A stretch of 64,000 nt of DNA from Candidatus Latescibacterota bacterium (GTDB taxonomy: Bacteria > Latescibacterota > UBA2968). Shown one piece after another: positions 14,752-23,205 of the stretch (its first letter is position 1; each line of letters starts with the position of its first letter). The stretch spans positions 4,294-68,293 of the forward strand of contig JBLHJX010000003.1 of assembly GCA_047619225.1 (NCBI GenBank), read 5' to 3'. The position numbers and the translations under genes were made by a program. The notes under the pieces were generated by a model. It was not told where the DNA came from. It saw nothing but the letters and a program-made list of their open reading frames with translations, and did no database searches.

Positions 14752-16929
14752 ATGTCTGAGCGAATAGAAACAGGTGGTTTAAAAATTGATGCTGAATTAT
14801 ACACTTTGGTGACGGATGAAATTGTTCCTGGCACAGGCGTAGATGTGGATGCTTTGTGGGAAGGGTTTGGCAAGATTGTTTCAGATTTGGCACCCAAGAA
14901 TCGTGCATTGTTAGAAAAACGGGATGCGATTCAAGCGCAGATTGATGCTTGGCATGCAGAACGCAAAGGGCAAGGTCTTGACGCGGTGGCCTATAAAGCA
15001 TTTTTGCAAGAGATTGGATATTTGCAGCCTGAAGGGGATCACTTTCAAGTGCTCACAACAAATGTCGATCCCGAAGTTGCGAAGGTGGCTGGGCCACAGT
15101 TGGTGGTGCCCGTAGACAATGCGCGATATTGTTTGAACGCGGCCAACGCACGTTGGGGCAGTCTGTACGATGCGTTTTATGGCACCGATGTGATTGCTGA
15201 AACAGGTGGTGCTGAAAAAACGGGTGGCTACAATCCCGTGCGAGGTGAAAAAGTGGTTGCGAAAGCACAGGCTTTCTTGGATGAAACAGTGCCTCTGATA
15301 AGCGGATCTTACGCAACTGCGACGGGATTTTCACTTGGTGAGGTGGGTGGAAAGAAGGTGTTGATTGTGACTGTGGATGGTGAAAGCACGGGATTGCAAT
15401 CGCCAGATCAGTTTGTGGGTTATGTAGAAAAATATGGTGGGTTGATGACTGTGTTGCTTCAGAACAATGGATTGCACATCGAAATTCATATTGATGTCAA
15501 TCATCCCATTGGCAAAACACATCCGGCAGGGGTGAAGGATGTTGTGTTGGAGTCTGCGATTACGACCATTCAAGATTGTGAAGATTCTGTGTCGGCGGTT
15601 GATGCCGAAGATAAGGTGCGGGTGTATCGCAATTGGTGTGGTTTGATGAAGGGTACGTTGGTAACAACGTTTCAAAAAGGGGATGAGACGGTGAGGCGGA
15701 GGTTGAATCCAGATCGGCAGTATTCGGGTGTGGATGGAGAACCCGTCACATTGCCAGGGCGCAGTGTTTTGCTGGTGCGCAATGTGGGCATGCATATGTA
15801 TACCGATGCAGTGGTCACGGCTGATGGTGAAGATATTCCCGAAGGTTTTTTAGACGCGCTGGTGACTTCTTTGGCTGCGATTCACGATTTAAAGGGCAAT
15901 GGCGAGTTCAAAAACAGCCGATCTGGCAGTGTGTATATTGTGAAGCCGAAGATGCATGGGGCAGACGAAGTGGCGGCCACGGTGGAATTGTTTGACCGAG
16001 TGGAGGAAGTTTTGGGGCTGGAAAAGAATACGTTGAAAATTGGCATTATGGACGAAGAACGTCGCACAACTGTAAATTTGAAACGCGCTGTATGGGAGGC
16101 CCGCGAACGGTTGATTTTTATCAATACGGGATTTTTAGATCGCACGGGTGATGAGATGCATACCAGTATGGAAGCGGGTGCGATGTTGCCCAAGGCTGAG
16201 ATTAAGGAACAACCTTGGTTGGGTGCTTATGAAGATTGGAATGTGGATATTGGCATTGAGACTGGTTTGATTGGAAAAGGGCAAATTGGCAAAGGGATGT
16301 GGGCCATGCCCGATCAGATGAAAGCCATGATTGATTCTAAGATGGGACACCCCAAAGCAGGGGCCAGCACAGCTTGGGTGCCCTCTCCAACGGCAGCAAC
16401 GCTTCATGCGATTCACTATCATCAGGTGAATGTGGCAGATCGGCAAGACGAATTGGCCAAGCGGGAACGGGCAAGTTTAGACGCTATTTTGACGCCACCT
16501 TTATTAGATCGTGCGTTGACGGTCGAGGCCATTCAACGCGAGTTGGATAACAATGCCCAAGGCATTTTGGGGTATGTGGTACGTTGGATCGATCAGGGCA
16601 TTGGGTGTTCTAAGGTGCCCGATATGAACGATGTAGGCTTAATGGAAGACCGCGCCACGTTGCGCATTTCAAGTCAACACATAGCCAATTGGCTGCATCA
16701 AGGCATTGTGAGTGCCGAACTGGTGCGTGCCACACTTAAGAAGATGGCAGCAGTGGTTGATCGTCAAAATGCTGGAGATGCGCTTTACAAAAATATGGCG
16801 CCAAACTTTGACGCCAGCATCGCGTTTCAGGCGGCATTGGATTTGGTGTTTAAAGGGCGTGATGTGGCAAATGGGTATACTGAACCTGTGTTGCATGCGC
16901 GTCGCCGTGAAGCAAAAGCATCTTCTTAA
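14752..16929 (+). CDS. glcB: Malate synthase G
   Basis: At 725 aa it has characteristic segments ([25 protein letters not shown]). The start was moved to ATG 14752 after AAGGAG. Confidence 0.95.
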   Translation: MSERIETGGLKIDAELYTLVTDEIVPGTGVDVDALWEGFGKIVSDLAPKNRALLEKRDAIQAQIDAWHAERKGQGLDAVAYKAFLQEIGYLQPEGDHFQVLTTNVDPEVAKVAGPQLVVPVDNARYCLNAANARWGSLYDAFYGTDVIAETGGAEKTGGYNPVRGEKVVAKAQAFLDETVPLISGSYATATGFSLGEVGGKKVLIVTVDGESTGLQSPDQFVGYVEKYGGLMTVLLQNNGLHIEIHIDVNHPIGKTHPAGVKDVVLESAITTIQDCEDSVSAVDAEDKVRVYRNWCGLMKGTLVTTFQKGDETVRRRLNPDRQYSGVDGEPVTLPGRSVLLVRNVGMHMYTDAVVTADGEDIPEGFLDALVTSLAAIHDLKGNGEFKNSRSGSVYIVKPKMHGADEVAATVELFDRVEEVLGLEKNTLKIGIMDEERRTTVNLKRAVWEARERLIFINTGFLDRTGDEMHTSMEAGAMLPKAEIKEQPWLGAYEDWNVDIGIETGLIGKGQIGKGMWAMPDQMKAMIDSKMGHPKAGASTAWVPSPTAATLHAIHYHQVNVADRQDELAKRERASLDAILTPPLLDRALTVEAIQRELDNNAQGILGYVVRWIDQGIGCSKVPDMNDVGLMEDRATLRISSQHIANWLHQGIVSAELVRATLKKMAAVVDRQNAGDALYKNMAPNFDASIAFQAALDLVFKGRDVANGYTEPVLHARRREAKASS

Positions 16930-16939
16930 GGAGCGTTAT

Positions 16940-18061
16940 ATGTCCAGTGCACCGAAACCTGAAATGATCGCTCAGTGGCGACATCACCTGCAAGACGAAG
17001 CCGATGCCGCTTTTCTGTATCGACGATTATCAGACCATGAACCCAATCAAAAAAAGAAGGATCTGTATTGGCGTATGTCAGATGTCGAAGATCGACATAC
17101 AGAAGCCTGGCGGCAGGTGTTTAAAGAATATGACATTCCATTTAAAGAACCGCGCCCATCTCTGAAGTCGCGTTTCTTGGCTTGGGTAGGCTCTCATTTT
17201 GGTGCTGAGGTCTTGCTGTCATTCTTGTTGAGAGAAGAAGGTAAAGAGGTGAAGTCTTATCTCGAGCTGTATCAAAACAGTGAACCTGGAAGATCTAAAG
17301 AGACGGCGTTACGGTTGGCCAAGGAGTCTGCAGGCCATGCCGAAACATTGTCGGGCATTGCTGATATTGAAGGCGAGCCTTGGCATAATGCCGATTCAGG
17401 TGGTTTTGTGCGCAATGTGGTTTATGGATTTAATGATGGGTTGACTGCAAACTTTGGGTTGGTGGCTGGTGTTATTGGCGCAGCTGTTGAGCCACATATG
17501 ATTTTGGTAACAGGCGTGGCTGGTACAATTGCCGATGCGTTGTCTATGGGGTCTTCGGGGTATTTGGCTGCCAAGAGTGAGCAAGAAGTTTATACCTATG
17601 AGATTGAAATGGAGCGCACAGAAATTCAGTTGATGCCCGAATTGGAGACCGAAGAATTAGCACTGATTTATCAAGCCCGTGGTATTGATCGTGAGCAGGC
17701 TGAGGAACTTGCCCAAGATGTGATGTCTGATCCTGAGCGCGCTTTGGAAGAGAAGGTGCGTGAAGAGTTGAAGATTGGTGAACCTCATGCCACGCCTATG
17801 CAAGAAGCTTGGATAACGGGTTCGGCAACAGCCGTAGGTGCATTCATTCCTGTTGTGCCTTTTTTGCTGATGTCGGGGGCAACTGCCATGTGGACTTCAT
17901 TTGCCATTTCGATGTTGTCGCATTTTGCAGTGGGTGCGGCGCGTAGTTTGTTTACTGGGCGGAGTATTTTTCGCAGCGGGGGCGATATGTTGGTTGTTGG
18001 GTTTGGGGTTGCTTTGGGTGGTTATTTGGTGGGTGATTTGATGGTTCGCTGGTTGATGTAG
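16940..18061 (+). CDS. VIT1/CCC1-family membrane protein with an N-terminal ferritin-like (rubrerythrin-like) domain
   Basis: The ferritin-like N-terminus (EADAAFLYRRL...EDRHTEAW) is followed by the VIT1 hallmark GFNDGLTANFGLVAGV and C-terminal TM helices. AAGGAG precedes ATG 16940. Confidence 0.8.
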   Translation: MSSAPKPEMIAQWRHHLQDEADAAFLYRRLSDHEPNQKKKDLYWRMSDVEDRHTEAWRQVFKEYDIPFKEPRPSLKSRFLAWVGSHFGAEVLLSFLLREEGKEVKSYLELYQNSEPGRSKETALRLAKESAGHAETLSGIADIEGEPWHNADSGGFVRNVVYGFNDGLTANFGLVAGVIGAAVEPHMILVTGVAGTIADALSMGSSGYLAAKSEQEVYTYEIEMERTEIQLMPELETEELALIYQARGIDREQAEELAQDVMSDPERALEEKVREELKIGEPHATPMQEAWITGSATAVGAFIPVVPFLLMSGATAMWTSFAISMLSHFAVGAARSLFTGRSIFRSGGDMLVVGFGVALGGYLVGDLMVRWLM

Positions 18062-18071
18062 GGGATTGTGG

Positions 18072-19445
18072 ATGTCTGGTCTGATTTTAAGTTATTATGG
18101 CGATGATTTTACGGGTTCAACCGATGTGATGGAGTCGCTGTCCTTTGCAGGGGTGAAGACGGTGTTGTTTATGGCACCGCCAGCGCCTGAGCAGATCGCA
18201 CGATTTCCCGGTGTGAAAGCAGTGGGTGTTGCTGGGCGCACACGGTCGATGGCTCCTGATGATATGGTGCATGAGTTACGCCCTGTTTATGAAGCATTCA
18301 AGGGGTTGAACACTCCGATTGTACATTACAAAACGTGTTCAACATTTGATTCGGCACCCGATGTGGGCAGCATTGGACAGGCGATTGATTTGGGACACGA
18401 CGTGTTTGGATGTCCCTTTGTGCCGCTTGTTGTGGGTGCACCGGTTCTGAATCGGTATTGCGCGTTTGGCAATCTGTTTGCCCGGTCGGGATTAGAAAGT
18501 GACTTGTTTCGCTTAGATCGCCATCCTACGATGAAACAGCATCCGATCACACCGATGACGGAGGCCGATTTGCGGCTGCATTTGGCCAAACAAACCGATA
18601 AGGCTATTGGATTGCTGGATCTTTTGGCGTTGGGGTTGGATGATGAGGGTTTGGATCGGGCGTTTGATTCGGTGATGGATGCAAGACCCGATGTTGTGTT
18701 GTTTGATACGGTGTATGATGTGCATTTGCCAAAGATTGGGCGTCTAATTTGGCAACACGCACAAGCGGGCGCGTTGTTTGTTGCGGGGTCTTCGGGTGCT
18801 GAGTATGCATTGGTTGCCCATTGGCGCGATGTGGGCCTCATTCCTGAAGCACCTGTAATTCCAACTGTGGATAGGGTCGATCAAATTGTGATTGTTTCTG
18901 GCAGTTGTTCGCCTGTGACGGCCAATCAAATTGATTATGCCGTTCAGAACGGATTTGTTGAGGTTGCACTTGATCCCGTTTCTTTTGCAGATGAATCTAT
19001 GGTAGAGGGTGCGATTTCTGCAGGGATTAAAGCGGGTTTAGAAGCCTTAGCAAGTGGGGGGAGTGTGATTTTACACACGGGACGGGGGCCGAATGACCCG
19101 CGTATTGCAAAGACGACGGACTATTTGAAGGCGCAAGGGTATAGCGATTTGGACATCAAGCTGAGAAGTGGTGAGGTATTTGGTACGGCATTGGGGCGTA
19201 TTTTGAAGGGCATTTTGGCACAATCTAATTTGAAGCGTGCGGCAACAGCAGGAGGCGATACGTCGTATTATGTGGCAAAGGCCTTGGGCATTGAGGCATT
19301 GGAGGTGGTTGCGCCCACAGCACCCGGATCGCCTATGTGTCGGATTTATGGGGTGGATTTGGATGGTGTGGAGATGACGTTTAAAGGTGGGCAGGTAGGT
19401 AAAGTGGATTTTTTCGTTACTGTGAAGACGGGACAGTTTTCATAA
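18072..19445 (+). CDS. Four-carbon acid-sugar kinase family protein (DUF1537), paralog 2
   Basis: The N-terminal YYGDDFTGSTD motif and the C-terminal GGDTSYYV and FKGGQVG segments are typical of DUF1537 kinases. Confidence 0.8.
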   Translation: MSGLILSYYGDDFTGSTDVMESLSFAGVKTVLFMAPPAPEQIARFPGVKAVGVAGRTRSMAPDDMVHELRPVYEAFKGLNTPIVHYKTCSTFDSAPDVGSIGQAIDLGHDVFGCPFVPLVVGAPVLNRYCAFGNLFARSGLESDLFRLDRHPTMKQHPITPMTEADLRLHLAKQTDKAIGLLDLLALGLDDEGLDRAFDSVMDARPDVVLFDTVYDVHLPKIGRLIWQHAQAGALFVAGSSGAEYALVAHWRDVGLIPEAPVIPTVDRVDQIVIVSGSCSPVTANQIDYAVQNGFVEVALDPVSFADESMVEGAISAGIKAGLEALASGGSVILHTGRGPNDPRIAKTTDYLKAQGYSDLDIKLRSGEVFGTALGRILKGILAQSNLKRAATAGGDTSYYVAKALGIEALEVVAPTAPGSPMCRIYGVDLDGVEMTFKGGQVGKVDFFVTVKTGQFS

Positions 19446-19460
19446 CAGAAGGAGTAGGAA

Positions 19461-20294
19461 ATGGCAATAAAGATTGCTTTGGTCGGTGCCGCAGGTAACA
19501 TGGGCACACGGGCTTATAACGCATTGCATGTAGATTCCGATTACGAATTGTTTTGTATAGAAAGTCCGGCAGGTGTAGAAAAAATGCGTGAGCGGGGTGT
19601 TGATTGTGTGCTGTTGGAGGAAGCGGTTCAGGGGGCCGATGTGGCATTGATGACCGTGCCCGATATTTTGGTGGGCAAAGTGTCTACTTTGGTTGTGCCC
19701 CATTTAAGGCCAGGAGCCATGCTCATTGTGTTAGACCCCGCAGCACCTTACGCGGGTGAATTGCCCGTGCGAGATGATGTGAGCTACTTTGCAACACATC
19801 CGGCACATCCGCCGGTGTTTAATGATGAAGTAGATATGGCGGCTCGGCGGGATTTTTTTGGCAGTGGTTTGGCCAAACAATCGATTGTGAATGCGTTGAT
19901 CCAAGGGCCGGAAGAAGATTATGCCAAGGGTGAAGCAATTGGCAGCCGCATGTTTCAACCCATCTTACGGTCGCATCGGGTCACTTTGGAACAGATGGCG
20001 ATGTTGGAACCCGCGATGTCTGAAACCATGGCGGCCACTTGCATTACGGTGATGCGTGAAGCAATGGATGAAGCCATTTCACGCGGTGTGCCTGCCGAAG
20101 CCGCACGCGACTTCATGATGGGACATATCAATATTGAGTTGGCCATTGTATTTGATGAAATTGATTGGGAGTTTTCCGACGGCGCAAAATTGGCGGTAGA
20201 AAAGGCAAAAGAGACTGTTTTTCAGGCCGATTGGAAGAAAGTTTTTGACCGGGAGAATTTGTTAGCAAGCGTAAAAGATATTGTAAAAGGTTAA
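19461..20294 (+). CDS. Small NAD(P)-binding Rossmann-fold oxidoreductase (277 aa), family unresolved
   Basis: The N-terminal IALVGAAGNMG is a dinucleotide-binding motif. AGGAGTAGGA lies upstream. The gene starts 15 nt after the kinase paralog 2 stop. Confidence 0.6.
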   Translation: MAIKIALVGAAGNMGTRAYNALHVDSDYELFCIESPAGVEKMRERGVDCVLLEEAVQGADVALMTVPDILVGKVSTLVVPHLRPGAMLIVLDPAAPYAGELPVRDDVSYFATHPAHPPVFNDEVDMAARRDFFGSGLAKQSIVNALIQGPEEDYAKGEAIGSRMFQPILRSHRVTLEQMAMLEPAMSETMAATCITVMREAMDEAISRGVPAEAARDFMMGHINIELAIVFDEIDWEFSDGAKLAVEKAKETVFQADWKKVFDRENLLASVKDIVKG

Positions 20295-20351
20295 TATCAC
20301 ATGGGGCACGGTTTCTGTGCCTTTCTGTTTTCATACGATTGGGCTTGTTTT

Positions 20352-21005
20352 ATGCCTGCTGTTATCGACTCACCACGCGTGTTGTTAAAAGACCGTGCAT
20401 ATGAAGCTCTGAAAGCGTTGATCCTTCAGGAGGTTTTTCCGCCCGGATCATTTCTTTCAGAACGTCAATTGGTTGTGCGTTTGGAAATGAGCAAGACACC
20501 TATTCGTGCGGCCTTGGAACGTTTGGAGAGTGAGGGGTTGGTTTCTGTATCACCTCAGCAAGGCATTTTGGTGCGCGAAATTTCTGTGCATGAGGTGGTC
20601 GATATTTTTGATGTGCGCATTGCATTGGAGCGGTTTGCAATTCAACGGCTAGCGGGTGTGTTATCAGCAGAACAACAAGCGCAAGTAGAACAAAATTTAA
20701 GCGAACAAAAACAGGCACTTATACAAGGTGATGTACCCGTGTTTACAGAATTGGATGCAGACTTTCATATGATGCTGTGTGGTTTTTTAGGAAATCGTGA
20801 GGTGGTACATGTGATGCGCCGGTTGCGTGATCGGCTGTATCGCATCGCGCTTCAAGTGCTGCGACACGACGTGAATCGCATTCGCACCAGTTACGAAGAA
20901 CACAGAGAAATTTTCGACATGTTGGTTGCCCGTGACGGTGCGCGTGCTGCCGACTTGATTGATGCACACTTAGCTTATGGTAAGCAGGTTCTCATATCAA
21001 GATAG
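20352..21005 (+). CDS. GntR-family transcriptional regulator (FadR/FCD subfamily)
   Basis: It has a winged-HTH segment (SERQLVVRLEMSKTPIRAALERLESEGLV) and a helical C-terminal domain with His residues. The start was set to ATG 20352, since the upstream extension looks non-coding. Confidence 0.8.
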   Translation: MPAVIDSPRVLLKDRAYEALKALILQEVFPPGSFLSERQLVVRLEMSKTPIRAALERLESEGLVSVSPQQGILVREISVHEVVDIFDVRIALERFAIQRLAGVLSAEQQAQVEQNLSEQKQALIQGDVPVFTELDADFHMMLCGFLGNREVVHVMRRLRDRLYRIALQVLRHDVNRIRTSYEEHREIFDMLVARDGARAADLIDAHLAYGKQVLISR

Positions 21006-21016
21006 GGTTATAAATT

Positions 21017-21775
21017 ATGCGAACTGTGCTGGTTTTGGATGTGGGCAATACACGGGTTAAGGTGGGTTTGTTTGTCGAGGGGCGTTTAGAGGCGCGTTTG
21101 CTGGTTGAAACCGATCAAACACGTGATGTTGGTTTTTTTACGGATCGTTTGCGTACCATGTTTGAACAATGGGCGGGTTTGGATGCGTGTTTGATCGCGT
21201 CTGTGGTTCGGGGTGTTCCGGTACTGTTGATAGAAGCTGTGCAAGCTGTTTGGTCTGTGTCACCGCTTGTGGTTAATTCGCAGGATAATTTGGGTGTTCT
21301 GGTCGCGGTTCCCAAGCCCGAAGACGTAGGCATTGATCGGTTACTTGAGGCCAGTGAAGCGTTCCATATTTTGCATTCGGGTGTGGTGGTGGCTGCTTTT
21401 GGTTCGGCGATTACGATTGATTTGATAACGGATGATGGCACATTTCGAGGGGGGACTATTCTACCGGGTTTGCGTACGGGGCTACAAGCATTACACCAGG
21501 AGACGAGTTTGTTGCCCCACTTAGAGGTTAAAGCACCTGAGGGGGTGTTGGGTACTGATACGGTTGCATGCATGCAGGCGGGTGTGGTATATGGGGCTGC
21601 GGGAGCGGTGGATCGTATTTACCAAGAATTGTGTGTTCTTGCAGGTCAGGCATTGCCTTTGGTGGTTACTGGAGGGGATGTGCGTTATGTGGCGTCTTTG
21701 TTGCAAACGCATCATCAAATTGAAGACGATCTCGTTTTACGCGGGCTGGTTTCGTTAGATGCGCGCATTTCATAA
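21017..21775 (+). CDS. coaX: Type III pantothenate kinase
   Basis: LVLDVGNTRVKVGLF, GIDRL and VVTGGD are CoaX signatures. Confidence 0.85.
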   Translation: MRTVLVLDVGNTRVKVGLFVEGRLEARLLVETDQTRDVGFFTDRLRTMFEQWAGLDACLIASVVRGVPVLLIEAVQAVWSVSPLVVNSQDNLGVLVAVPKPEDVGIDRLLEASEAFHILHSGVVVAAFGSAITIDLITDDGTFRGGTILPGLRTGLQALHQETSLLPHLEVKAPEGVLGTDTVACMQAGVVYGAAGAVDRIYQELCVLAGQALPLVVTGGDVRYVASLLQTHHQIEDDLVLRGLVSLDARIS

Positions 21776-21793
21776 AGCTTGATGATAAAAAAG

Positions 21794-21823
21794 AGGCCGT
21801 GGATCGTTTGTGATCAGCGGCCT
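21794..21823. terminator. Possible bidirectional terminator between convergent genes
   Basis: AGGCCG...CGGCCT forms a stem with an inner GATC/GATC pairing. It is flanked by an A-run on the left and a T-rich stretch on the right. The T-tract is better on the minus strand. Confidence 0.4.
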
Positions 21824-21832
21824 TTGATTATA

Positions 21833-22192
21833 TTACGCTTCACCTTTGCGTTGTTTGAGTTCGTTCGCCAACCGTAGTTTTTCGGCATTCATCTCGGCGT
21901 CTTGTTTGGCTTGGGTGTTAAATTCCTTATATTCCTTCTGCAATTTCTCAGCTTTGCGTTGAGAGATTTTAATTTTTCGTTTGAGTTTGTCTATTTCTCC
22001 ATTGGCCGCCGTTACCTCTTTTACCGCGATTTTGAGGCGAAATTTGGCCTGTCCGGTCACGTCCATTGCTTCTGACAATTTGGATCTTTTGCTTACTATT
22101 GAAGATGTGGTAAACCATTTCAGTGTAATCGTGAGGGCCATGAAAGCAATGGCAATGAGTGCGAGTGTCATATTCAAATCCCTTCCTGACAA
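21833..22192 (-). CDS. Small membrane-anchored coiled-coil protein, hypothetical
   Basis: An N-terminal TM helix (LALIAIAFMALTITL) is followed by a K/E/Q-rich heptad-like sequence. It is the only minus-strand gene in this neighbourhood. Confidence 0.5.
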   Translation of the reverse strand: MSGRDLNMTLALIAIAFMALTITLKWFTTSSIVSKRSKLSEAMDVTGQAKFRLKIAVKEVTAANGEIDKLKRKIKISQRKAEKLQKEYKEFNTQAKQDAEMNAEKLRLANELKQRKGEA

Positions 22193-22319
22193 TGGGTAAG
22201 TTTGTATAAATTACAATAGGTTGTGTCGGTTGTCAATGGGGGTGGCGATTGACTTTCTGTTTTTTTCCGTCTATCATGGGTGGATCGTTTTCCATTCACA
22301 TTCCAATTTGAGGTGTCTT

Positions 22320-23075
22320 ATGAGTTGGGTTATCGTCTGTATGACCACTTTTTTGTTGTTGGGAGTTTCTTGGAAATCTGCACATGCTGAACCACGGCCG
22401 GTGTATACTGTGTATCGCGCAGGAACACCCATTGTGATTGATGGTCGGTTGGATGAACCCGCTTGGGTTGGGGCACCCGACGTGGGGAAATTTGTATTTC
22501 CATGGTATGAGTCAGGCAAAAAAGAACAAACCATCGCAAAGATGTTGTGGGATGATGAGAATCTATATGTGGCCTTTGTATGTGAAGATGCACATATTTG
22601 GGCAGAACATACTGCGCGCGATTCGTCTGTGTGGAAAGACGATACGGTTGAGGTGTTTACCGCCCCCAATCCAGACCGACCGCAAGCATATTTTAATATT
22701 GAGATGAATGTGCTGGGTATCTTTTTAGATCAGTTTCATCCCAAAGGCGCGGGCGTGCCTGTTGAAGAGGAGTGGAATGGCGAGGGCATTCAGATTAAGA
22801 CGTCCATTGTGGGTACATTGAATGATGATTCGGATGACGATCAGTATTGGATTTTGGAAGCTGCAATTCCATTAAAGAACTTTGCACACGTTGCAAAAAA
22901 CACACCGCCAAGAGATGGGGATATTTGGCATTTGGGTTTGAATCGTTTGGGTGGAAAAACCAATCAACAGTATAGCCAGTGGTCAGCAAGCCAAACCCCG
23001 AACCCCCAGTTTCATGCACCCGATGACTTCGGCAGAGTGACATTCTCTAACACGGTCAGCCCGTTTTGGCGGTAA
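22320..23075 (+). CDS. Secreted carbohydrate-binding family 9-like (CBM9/DOMON-like) protein
   Basis: It has a signal peptide (MSWVIVCMTTFLLLGVSWKSAHA) and the segment IDGRLDEPAWVGAP...ENLYVAF typical of CBM9-like domains. GAGGTG lies upstream of ATG 22320. Confidence 0.6.
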   Translation: MSWVIVCMTTFLLLGVSWKSAHAEPRPVYTVYRAGTPIVIDGRLDEPAWVGAPDVGKFVFPWYESGKKEQTIAKMLWDDENLYVAFVCEDAHIWAEHTARDSSVWKDDTVEVFTAPNPDRPQAYFNIEMNVLGIFLDQFHPKGAGVPVEEEWNGEGIQIKTSIVGTLNDDSDDDQYWILEAAIPLKNFAHVAKNTPPRDGDIWHLGLNRLGGKTNQQYSQWSASQTPNPQFHAPDDFGRVTFSNTVSPFWR

Positions 23076-23100
23076 ACATTTGGCCGGTGCAGGAGGTTGT

Positions 23101-23205
23101 GTGCGCGTCGTGGTTTTAGCAGATATTCATGATAATTTACCAGCATTTGAAGCGGTGTTGGACAGGGTGGTCGATATTTCACCATGTGTTGAGAGTTTAA
23201 AATGA
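23101..23205 (+). pseudogene. N-terminal remnant (34 codons) of a metallophosphoesterase gene
   Basis: AGGAGG-4 nt-GTG is followed by VRVVVLADIHDNLPAFEAVLDRV, the metallophosphoesterase motif I region. The frame then terminates within the start region of the next gene. Confidence 0.5.
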
